Shown one piece after another: positions 53,301 to 64,000 of a stretch of DNA of 64,000 nt. Within the stretch, counting starts at the first letter, position 1. Every line of letters begins with the position of its first letter. Location: positions 4,030,001 to 4,094,000 of the forward strand of contig OX597828.1 in NCBI GenBank assembly GCA_951406725.2. The letters run 5' to 3'. The notes beneath the pieces were generated by a model. The model worked only from the letters and a program-made list of their open reading frames with translations, was not told where the DNA came from and searched no databases. The stretch is from Octopus vulgaris. Taxonomy: Eukaryota. The position numbers were made by a program, and so were the translations under genes.

Positions 53301-54523
53301 ATCTATTTATATATATATATTTTACGTTTATGATCTGATGTTGATAGTTGTAGGAATATATATGATTTTAGCTACGTAACTGAACACGAAATATTGCATC
53401 TGGGAAGTGAAGCTTCACAGTTCTGGCTTAACTTCCTCACTGATACAATTTCTGTATGTTTGTTTGTATGTGTGCTTATACATGTGGGTTTGTGTGTGTG
53501 CGTGTGTGTGTGGGTTCTGAGCTGGGTTTCGTGAGGTGGGCGAATTTGTGTGTGTGTGGTGACCTATGTGTTGGGGCTTGTGGATGTGTAGATACATAAA
53601 TACAAAGCAAAATGTGGTTTAGAAATAAATGGCATGCTAACCTTTTAACTGACTTGTAAATAAGCTCTTAACATTAAAGTCGATATCTGAAAGACTAAAT
53701 GCTTGCACGTACTTGTTATTAGTAATTGACCTTATGTAACATTACTCACCAAATGTTTATGTTCAATAAATGCATGGCTAATAATATCATGTAAATATCT
53801 CAACAAAAACTTTTAGATTGTTCCGTCAAGAAAGTAGTTTTATAGTACAGTGGGTAACAGATGACCGTCTGCATTTTTCCGTCTAAGTATTCCATTCTGT
53901 ATTTTAGATGAATTTTATATAAGACTATGTAGGAAGAACTCCACTATAGATACTACATTCAAAAATTTCCAAACCATTTTAGAAAGCGCGCTGTAAGTAC
54001 ATTCACACGATGGGGAAATTATTTTCTTTCGGCATTAGAATACGAGAATTGTTTCAGTGAGACCTAAGCATAAAATGATTTCTTTTATGAATATCGCTTT
54101 CGTTGGGTTGCGTGTTTAATGAACGAGATTTTTATATGAAGCGAATGAAGTTCCCATTAAGTAGATACATTTTTCTAGATAATTTAAATTAGAAAGATAT
54201 AGTAATTCAAAATGCTTTCATTATATTTAAAATATTTTGTGTTGTCTCGACTTTAGAATGATTTGAATTCGTTACACCTTTCCTTTCGCAGATACAGCAA
54301 ACGCCACGTGTTTGTATCTTGCATTGATTGTGTACCAACATTAGATTAGTTTAATGTAAAAACAGTTTGAATTTGCTGCGAATCTGGACACGAATACTTT
54401 AGAGCTAAGTTTAGAGATTATAAATTGGAAATAAGAAAGATTTAAGGACTTAAATCTGTCTTCATAACCTTTAATATAAGTCCGGCATAGAATCAAAATA
54501 AGGATATTATACATACATATAAT

Positions 54524-54718
54524 AAGGTGGTGAGCTGGCGGAGTCCAAAGCACGCTGGGCAAAATGGTTAACGGCATTTCGTCCGTCTTTACCTTCTGAG
54601 TTCAAATACCCCCAAAGTTGACTTTGCCTTTCCCCATTACCGTCGATATAGTCGACTACACTCCCTCCACCAAAGTAAAAAAAAATTCAGGCCTTGTGCC
54701 TATTGTAGAAATGATTAT
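54524..54718 (+). mobile_element. tRNA-derived SINE (family S1)
   Basis: GGTGGTGAGCTGGCGGAGTC...TTCTGAGTTCAAAT...GACTTTGCCTTT...GGCCTTGTGCC. Confidence 0.75.
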
Positions 54719-57080
54719 ACATACATATACAATACCGATGACTTAAGAAGGTGATAACTATTACGCCATTTCGTAGTATTTCGTTTTCCAATGTATAAGC
54801 CATGAAAAAGCACCTATGTAAAACATGATAATACATTATGCATTGTCATTTAGTAAATCTTACTGGGATGGGCTCTAATCTCACTGTCTTCTTGAATTAG
54901 ACTTTATCTTCATGACATATATGACAGTACGGGTATATTTGTTAATTTTTTTTTTTTGATATTTGAATAGACATATCTCGGCTGATATTTTTAATGTTGA
55001 TCGCTATCCGTGTTAATATGTAAAGTTTCTTTTCTTTCTTCGCATATTATGACTAATGCAAGCCATCGTTCAGGTGTAACATTTTGTCTAGGAAGTCACC
55101 TATTTGTAGTTGATTATCTATCGTAATTTTTGTTCGAATTCTTAGTATACGATAATGAACGCCTTTCTAATGAGCTGAGGAAGTATCACTTCAGCTTATA
55201 GGATATAGCTTGTGTGTTGTTTGTCTATAATCAAATATTTACTCAATTTATAATGTACATAACAAAAATAGACTCGATAGTTCAGCGCCGTTATACGCAC
55301 AGACATATATACACTGACGAACATGCTTTCATATTTTCGTAACTCAGAATAAGCAGTTTTGAAAATATCAGTGACATTTTTGTATTTTAGTGAGTTTGAT
55401 GTTGGATACAGAGGAATGAATTTTGCCAAAATTGACGTAGTTCAATTGATTTCTATAGAAATAGATATATCTTGCAGTTGCTTTGTGCCTTCGATACTAT
55501 TAAATCAAATGAAACCATTGCAACGCATTATTCTTGAGATTAGCCTAATTCATATATTTATTGAGTCTATTGCCTTTAACTTATTACAACCAGTTCGCTT
55601 TCCACTATGTTAGTATTTGGAGCTCTAATGAAATTATCCATGTCGTTTTGAAATGTGAGATACTATTTACATACGCTGAGGAGATCAATATTGTCTATTT
55701 TTGACTGTGTGACAATCTCGTGCATTGTCATTTAACATATTTGTTTTGGGAATGTTTTCTTACAAATATTAATTATGATGCCCAATAGTAAATAGCAGAA
55801 CAATTTTTCTATCATGTATGTACAATTTCTTGATCATACCAACAAAGGCGAATAGGTGAGTAGACATTTTAAAAAGGTGTTAAATTTTCTCTCAACTAAT
55901 TTTCAAAATTGATGGCATGGTTGTTGTCTCTCACCTTTTTAATAAGCTATATTAAGTCATATGTGTTGCATTCCTAATCCACCTATTGATTAAACGTGAT
56001 TAACTCTGTCGCGCTTCTATTCGTGAACCGAAAAATATAAAATGTACGCGAGTGAACTATGTAATTGCAGATGGAACAGTTTACGCACGATCGAAATATT
56101 TACACGTGAATCGTGTCATAGTATATTTATCGCCTATTTTATAGTTAAAATACTGCCAATTACACTGGGCAAGTGGTATTCGATTATCGTTACTCAGTCT
56201 CTTTGGAGTACGAGTCAATGTATCAAATAAATATCCCTCCACTGAGTGTTATAACTTATTTTTAATCAAAACTTACTAAACATTCCATACTCTATACGCA
56301 ATTCCTAAATGTTGTATCTCCAATTTTGTTTGAAGAAAATTTCTCCAAAAGCTTGACCTCGTTTGTGCATCTGTGTTCATAAAGCAGTTATATGCAAAAC
56401 ACTTGGGATTTGACGAATCCTTTAACATTAATCCGAAAGAATATCGTGCGGCAAAATCTCTTATATTTCCTACGTAGACATATTCAATATTCTATATCTT
56501 CCTCTCCAATAAAATCACCACAAAAATGGCCACTTATGCAATAATTGATTCTGCTTAATAGAAATACTGCAGAATGCATCACTGAAGTGAAAAAGGAGAC
56601 ATTCAAGTAAAAAGAGTGCAAAAGCTTATAATCCAAAATAAGGATGGAGATCATACCACCGCCTATGTAAAATTCAACCAACTACAAGTGATGCAACAGA
56701 ATTATACCATCGACCACCATACTGAATGTAAAGGGGAAAAAACCTCGTAACAACAGATCAACCAGATTTAAAATTCATGCGGATCTACCAGAAACACTAC
56801 AGAAAATAGAAAACAACCACATAAACAATAATGGAGATGGATCAACGTAAATCCTAGCAAGAAAGAAAGCAAATATCGTAGTTCTGCTGGAATTTATATC
56901 CAACGAAACAATCTATCCAAAATGACATGAGGCTCAATAAATTTTCCTATACAAGAAATATTCTTTCAATATGCTTTCCTGCTGTGTAGGAAAGTATATG
57001 GAGGGTAAAAATCAGTCGGTGTCATCCAAGTTTAAAAGGTATGAATGGAGAGAATAAATACTCGAACCCAAAGGAAAAGA

Positions 57081-57105
57081 TAACAACAACAACAACAACA
57101 ACAAC

Positions 57106-57146
<41 letters not shown>

Positions 57147-57213
57147 TAATAATAACAATAATAATAACAGGAGTAGTCGTAGTAGTCATAGTCGTCGTCG
57201 TAGTAGTAGTAAT

Positions 57214-57265
<52 letters not shown>

Positions 57266-57310
57266 GTCGTAGTAGTAGTAGTGGCAGCAGCACCAGTAGC
57301 AGTAATAATA
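57081..57310. repeat. Compound trinucleotide microsatellite (ACA)(ATA)(GTA/GTC)(TTA)
   Basis: Direct reading. Confidence 0.9.
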
Positions 57311-57834
57311 TTTGTTTCAAATTATGGCTGAAGGGAGTGGGTAAGAGGATGATGTTCACACCAGTATTTGACTGATACTTATTTTATTGACACCAAAATA
57401 ATAAAAGGCAAATACAATCTCGGCTACATCGGTGCAGTAACGATTCTGCCAGTTCGTTGCCCTAAATCTATTGAAGACACGGCACTGCATCCAATATTCT
57501 GATGTAGATTGAAGACGTTGTGTACCATCTTTCAAATCACAACTACGACATCAGACAGACAAACATTTACGCAGTGTTCCGATTGGAACCGAATTAAGAC
57601 CAAATTTTGCTACTAATCTTACGATGACAACTGCTACCACATCGTGGCGATCTCAATACTCAAGTCTCCATATTTGTCGACCTTTTCTCTTTCATGATAA
57701 TATGTCGATCTCCTGGTACTGCCAAGTTGATTATTTGGCACCCCTGTTTGTCCCTCCTAAAGGTTACTATATCGTAAATATAACGTAACTGGGACGGTGT
57801 TTTCGACTATTCTCTCAGAATTGTTGGCATTGTC

Positions 57835-58658
57835 CTTGAGGAACAACTAAAAGTTACAAGGAGCAAAGTCTGGAGTGCATAGAGAGTGCAGGACAGTTTT
57901 GATATATGAATCTCTGAAAAGTAGTTGGTGACCAGGTTGAAATTGAGGACATTGTGGATCGGTGCTCTGTCCTAGTGCAGGGATCAACGACTCGAGTGGA
58001 GGAGATTTGGCCTATGGCGCCGAAATCCCTTCCTGAACTCTTGGATCGGAAATATAGAGCAACATTCTCCCTCACGGAACAGCCCCGGTACGAACTTTGC
58101 ACAAATTTTGTGCGTGTCCAGGACTTCATGTTTAATTCTGTGTACAGTTGCTACACCAACACCAAAATGTATGTTTATTGTATTTACAGACATACATTTC
58201 GTCTCGACATTGTAGATTTTTACAACCAGCTCCGATGTTCTCATGACTCTCTTTCTCTCACCTCACTTCGTCATTCACCAACCCTCCACCGTCCTTGAAT
58301 CTTTTGTGATAGCGAAAAGTAGGTGTTCGGCTCATATCAATGAATCCATAAGCAGTCTGAAGCATTTCATTAGTTTCCATAGTATTTTCCCACTTTAACA
58401 TAATTTGTTGTAGAGCGAGCTATCAAATCGTTTTTGCATCCCGACTCTATTCTGCACATCAGTGGGCTGTGACAAGCACTATTTAATAGATCCTGTTCAA
58501 GGTGCGGTTATAGTTGTCACCTTCAATTTAGAATAAAAGAAAAGTTGGGAGGTTAAGCTTAGATGTATTGTAGTGATATACTAAGTTGAAAATATTCTTG
58601 AACATTTAGAACTGCCTCTCTTGAAAAATGTCTCAAAACTTCTGGAATGTACCTCGTA
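57835..58658 (-). mobile_element. Mariner-like transposon relic, internally deleted
   Basis: ORF 57984-58244 has TVHRIKHEVL...KICAKFVP (WVPHEL-equivalent); the right end reads TACGAGGTACATTCCAGAAGTT on the minus strand, a mariner-type TIR start; the left TIR is eroded. Confidence 0.72.
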
Positions 58659-58793
58659 TCTACCTTAATACTTGTCTTCCAAATATTTATTACTCTAGTG
58701 TCGGAATATTTCGTGGCTTTTCCATAAATATTTTGCAGTATCTAGCTTTGAGCCTTTAAATTTTAACCTGTTCATAATGTACCATTATAGCAT

Positions 58794-59181
58794 AAAAAAC
58801 AAGAGCACCCAGAAAGAGCAAACCTCCGCCAAGGCAACACCAACGTCCTACCAATGATTAGCCAGAGATGATTTCTAAAATGAGAATATCCGAAATAAAC
58901 TCGACTGCTCTAACAACCGAGAATACTAAATATTAACCCCATCCCTCTCAAAAATTAAGTTAAAGGAAAACCGGAAAAATAATCCAGAATCCTAGTCCGG
59001 TATCGGATCGATCCCAAAATCTAATCAGTTTCTGTCAGTCAGGAGGCCAAGCATCCCTGAAAGTGTCGTCCGAATCCATCCAGCGGCTTTTGAGATATCT
59101 TTGAGACAAACAGACAAACAAACAAACAAACTAACACGACTGAAAACGATACCCCCGCCTTCGCTAAGGCGGAGGTAATAA
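58794..59181. mobile_element. Helentron-associated (HINE/DINE-1-like) non-autonomous element
   Basis: Subterminal ACCTCCGCC (58822-58830) is inverted as GGCGGAGGT (59168-59176); terminal hairpin ACCCCCGCCTT-CGCT-AAGGCGGAGGT; internal (CAAA)n; A/T-run boundaries. Confidence 0.72.
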
Positions 59182-60786
59182 TATGCTTCACATTCATGAA
59201 AAATATTCTTGTGTGATTAACTAATTTGATAACTGATTTCAGTCAGTATGGAATATGTGGCAGAAAACTGTCCGTTCTGTATGTTTGTAACACGCCTTCT
59301 TAAATGAAACATAATGAATTATGCAAATACATGCTCATGTCCATAAATTACCATTTTCTGAAAAAGTTCATTATATGAACGTACTTTATTTAAAGTAAAT
59401 GATGATTGTTACATTTGAGAAAAATATAATGAGTATTCGTATTCGATTTAGAGAAAAATCTTGGCATAATTAACAAAGAACAAAAATAACAATATACTAA
59501 TGAAAAACCTTACATAATCATACGCATATAACCATGTACTAAAATGTATTTTCTGTTTTGATTACTGATTACATGCATGTTAAAAAATAGATTAATATTT
59601 AAAATATTTACCGGTAATGGAATTAAATTCGAAAGCATAATATGAATGCAAAAATATGATAAACACACACTCTTAATGACAATGAATTTTAGCCTGCATT
59701 TTAAACGGGAATCCTTGGGGAATAAAACCGAAACGATTTGTAACAATAGAATACCAATTAGTGAAAATCTATATTGAGATTTAAACGAGAAAATAAATGA
59801 TAGACTACACTACTAATGTTGTGTAACATCGATGCTTACGTTAAAATACATTGATGGAAGGCTCCACGAAGTCTGGAGACAGTTAAGAAATATGTAAGTA
59901 AATGCCTCATTTGCATACATGTTTACCAAAATAAGCATATTAACGAGTGATTGATAAACCAGCAGAATATTCCAAGTAACATGAGTAGGAAATATTTTGA
60001 GATAGTGACACACAAATAGAGTATGGTCTCAATCATTTCAGAAAGAAAATTGTTTGCCGTAAAATATAGCATGAAACAGAATTTTAAATATATATGAAGA
60101 TAATCTTTGGTGTAGTGAACATCATCTTAAAAATCGCACAAAGGCAACTAGAACTTGTTTAGTTGTGTATGTACGAACGTATCTGTGTGTCTTATACACA
60201 GGCTGACACACACATATGCATATATACACGCATACACACCCATGTTCAGTAGAAAATGGCTGCAGAATTTTGAATTATAAAATATAAATTATTTATAAAT
60301 TTATATTGGATTGTTTTAATCGGAAAAAGTCATTAATCTGTAAAAATATGGTAAATCTACTCATTAATCAAAATTCATTATTGTGATTGTAATTAAAGAC
60401 GTAATTATTACAATTTTATAATACTAGTGTTTATACAAGTAAACATTCATTTCAAGGTAACCTCCATGATAAAGTAATTAATGTGAATCAGGTTATGACT
60501 AAAATACAACTACAAAACGTAATTTCTCTTCCTGTCACAGTTTGTATACGTCTATGTAACATGTCGAAAATTAGTAAGCTAATGAAACAGTTTGGAGTAC
60601 ATGTTTGGTGCTGTAAGAGAACATTTGCAAGTGTGCTGCCATTAAAAATAAGTATTTCTGTAGCTTTTGTTTTCTTCTTTCTCATGGTGTCACTGCCGCT
60701 AATTCTTCCATGGCGTGTGGTGAAAGTTTGTATACATGTACATACATGCAAATATACATACATACATACATACATACATACATACA

Positions 60787-60819
<33 letters not shown>

Positions 60820-61219
60820 CATAGCTGCACCCTCGTTACACGAGAAAAGCCTTTGCGAAAAAGACTTACTGAAATGACACATTATTGATGTCACGGGATG
60901 CCGTTATATGACTTTTAAGCCCAGCCAAACTTTTACACATTTTGTTACATAATGCACAAATGTGCTGGTTGGCAAGAGAAACAGGTGCCACCATATGTAC
61001 TCACTTCACGTGTCTTTTCATACCTCCAGCTGAGAGACACACCCTTCCACGTTTTACACATGTTCTGTTTATCATGGGTTGATTTATGTGAGATATTTCA
61101 TGACTGACCAGGCCTGCACGACTCAAACACCTCCTCTCACAAACCACACACACAAAAAGTAACGCTCTCACTTTCCACAGGTTCCCTCCTTTTATGCCCC
61201 CTCCCAATCCTCTCATACT

Positions 61220-63384
61220 TCACTCTCTCCCTCTCAAACCTTGAACAACCATTATACACTATCGTCCTCCATCCATCACGGTCTTGTGGCTCCCTCTCCC
61301 AATCACCAGCTGCAGATCCTCTCTGTATGAGAGCATTTTAAGGCAATCCTTAAACCTTAGTTTAAGCTTATGCGCTGGTCTCCTGCATATCTTCCAGGTC
61401 ACCACACAATAGCTGCTTGAGCAGTCGCTCATCACTCATCCTTATCAAATGTCCTCCCCCCACTTCAAACATCTTTGCAAAATCATTGACTCTATATTTC
61501 TATTGCCACCCCGCTCAAGCACCTCCACATTACTAATGGCCATTTTCCAGTTTATCCCCCAAATTTTTCTCAGACAGGTTTGGAACATCTGCTATAAGAT
61601 GTTTTATTGGTCCCCCAGGTATATTAGCAAGAAAAGGGAGGTCACCTTCATTGGGTCTATTGAGCAACTCATCAAAATTGTCTTTCCATCTCACAATAAT
61701 ATCTTTAGGATTTGTTAAACATTTTTTAAGAGAGAGTAAAAAAGTTTGGAATTGTTAGCATTTGAAACTAATTGGATTTCATCGTATCTATCACTCCACC
61801 AATTTTCCTGCATCATCCGTAGCTTCCTCTCCACTGTTACTTTTACTGCATTGAAATATGTAGCCACTGTCCCATTCGCTGACATAACAATATTACATGC
61901 CTTTCATATTACTAACTTCTTCATCATTGTCGTCAAACATGTCTTGCTGTTTTCTTTACAGTAAAGCCAAGAATATTATTACAAACGTTGTATACTCTTT
62001 GATCGAATGACTTCCAACTTCCATCACAGGTCAAATTATTTATCTCATTCACAAAAGCACTGCATACTGACTGATTCTTACGTTTATTGACATCAACCCG
62101 TTTAGGTAATTTGCCGTTATTTATTCTAACCTTAGGCTTGACAACAAAAGTCACCTTGGTACGCAAAGGCCTATGGTTATTCCAGCACTCTGCACCGTTT
62201 CCTGGTGAGGGTGTAAGCTAAAAGATGCCATTTCTTAGAACCATGGTGCATCCATGTCGTTTTATACTTATTCTTTAGCGAAACGTTTCATTCATGACAC
62301 ACAAATCCATCTCTACGCACATTTATAACAGCAGCAAACCATTACTGTTGGAACTCCCAACCCCTTGCTTTCCTAGGACACCCCAAGTTTCCTAATCTGC
62401 ACCAACGCGAGCATTAAAATCACCCAAAAGGACAAATTTGTCATCAGGGGGGATATTGCGTATAATCTCTGTAAGTGATAGATTGAAGGCAAGTTTATCA
62501 TCCTCTGACGAATTCATAGTTGCAACATATGCACTTATGAGTGTTGCATAGCGAACTTTTCTTAATAGAAGTCTTAAAGAATCAAACGATCCGAATGACC
62601 ACATGGTAGTTTCTCAAGTTTTGAAAACAGAGTGGTATTGATTGCAAATCCCATTCCCGATGCTATCTTATAGGTCTCCTCTCTACCACTCCAAAAGAAA
62701 TGATACCCAGCAGATTTCTCTACGAAATTCCCCTTTCCATGAATTCTTGTTTCGGCTAACGCCACAACATCCATATTATATCGCTGTAACTCTTGCAACA
62801 AGCGCGGATCTTCTCTCTGGACGAGATTTCAGACAGTCATTGTCTAAAAACACTCAAGCATTCCAACATCCTATATTCATAGGCTTTCATCTTAACCTGA
62901 ATTTATTCACAGTTGCAGGATGACAACCGGATCCAGGCCGTGGTGGCTTGGGATACCTGCCGGGCCAGACCCCAGAACAAAATGTTCCAGAGCTCTTTTT
63001 GCCATTTGTTTCAATATCGATATGAACTTTCATTGTTTAGTTGTGCTTTTTTAAGCTTCAGCCAGCCATGTACATACAAGATGTCCATTCCTTTTTCCTC
63101 TCCAGAAATACCTGTGTTTGACACTTTTTAAAGTGAGGAAAAGTTTTTCATAGACAACATTCCCACTCTCTAAACTACAAAACATGATCCAAAAAGAAGA
63201 GCAAGTGACATTCATTGGGTGCATTTGCAGTCGCAGGTATATATCTGAGTGTCCTTCTCCCAGTGTTTGCCCAACTAAAGGCTAACTACAAGACAGCATT
63301 GAAGTATTTAAATTCAGAGTCACTTTCTCCTAGACAGACTGCCTTCGCCATGGCTTGGGTAAACAGAGGAGCTCTATCCACCCC
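61220..63384 (-). mobile_element. RTE-clade LINE relic: 5'UTR, APE endonuclease and C-terminus, with RT core largely deleted
   Basis: ORFs 62574-62801 (DVVALAETR, YHFFWSG, GMGFAI) and 62392-62604 (ISAY, LLGDFNARVG); C-terminal SNVEVLER..WGGH..RM.DERL.KQLL near 61400-61560. Confidence 0.88.
63335..63384 (-). ncRNA. Degenerate HDV-like ribozyme at RTE 5' end
   Basis: Minus strand reads GGGTGGA-TAGA-GC-TCCTCT-GT-TTACCC-AAG-CCATGGCGAAGG-CAG-TCTG; the P1/P2/P3/L3/P4 order fits the nested double pseudoknot, but the P1.1 GG is missing. Confidence 0.5.
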
Positions 63385-63449
63385 TTATCTATTTATCATT
63401 AAAAAGTAGATTAAAAGAAGAAATATAGAAAAATTGAAAATTGTACATA

Positions 63450-63535
<86 letters not shown>

Positions 63536-63536
<1 letters not shown>

Positions 63537-64000
63537 CGGGAAGCTTTATGAAAATAAACAAAGGACGAAGGCAGGTGGAAAACAAACGAACAATTGTATT
63601 AGTATGGCGCTCAGGAAATATAAATAAAACAAGTCTTTAACGTTTCGAGCCTACGCTCTTCAACAGAAAGATACACAGAGAGAAAAAAACACAGAAAGAA
63701 GGAGAGAAAAAAATGCGTGCAGTAGCTAACGAATCAACATGGCGATCTGATTTCGGCCAGAGGTCAAAGATCAAACATGAGACGCGAGAGCGAAATAAGG
63801 GGAGATAATAGGGTTGATAATAGGGTTGAGGGACCAGCTAATAGTGCGTAGGAGGGGTCTGGATGTGTATATGTATAGGGTTGGTGTATGTATTAGTATG
63901 TATAAGGGTGTGTGTGTGTGTGTGTGTGTGTGCATGAGAGAGTATTAGTGCGTAGGATTGGTCTGAACGTGCGTATGTATGGGGTTGGTGTATGTATTAG
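63536..64000 (-). mobile_element. PLE terminus and tail, family P1 (runs off window)
   Basis: Homologous to 38570-38757; abuts (TA)n 63446-63535. Confidence 0.78.
63634..63671 (-). ncRNA. Minimal type I hammerhead-like motif (A6U variant, extra A)
   Basis: Minus strand reads TCTTT-CTGTTGA-A-GAGC-GTAG-GCTC-GAAA-CG-TT-AAAGA. Confidence 0.65.

Overview
AT-rich animal genomic DNA, almost certainly intronic or intergenic. No host protein-coding gene can be supported, and most ORFs in the track are microsatellite artefacts. The microsatellite load and tRNA-derived SINE families resemble an octopus/cephalopod genome (inference). The window is a transposon graveyard sorted by microsatellite. (1) 0.2-9.7 kb: a pile-up of at least four R4/Dong-clade RLE non-LTR retrotransposon families plus a non-coding ~550 bp retroposed repeat, all anchored in (TAA)n. 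(2) Penelope-like elements (one near-complete RT+GIY-YIG copy at 11-15.8 kb and many termini) anchored in (TA)n and carrying minimal hammerhead motifs with variant cores. (3) A decayed Ty3/Gypsy element, RTE LINEs (one with an HDV-like ribozyme remnant at its 5' end), mariner relics, MITEs, a Helentron-type non-autonomous element and SINEs. The most striking structure is at 38946-40485: a young, non-coding 557-bp unit carrying a hammerhead motif. It is present as circularly permuted, more-than-unit-length copies in head-to-head orientation between two (TA)n tracts, the footprint expected from twin-primed reverse transcription of a circular or multimeric ribozyme RNA (retrozyme-like). All motif and fold calls were made by eye.
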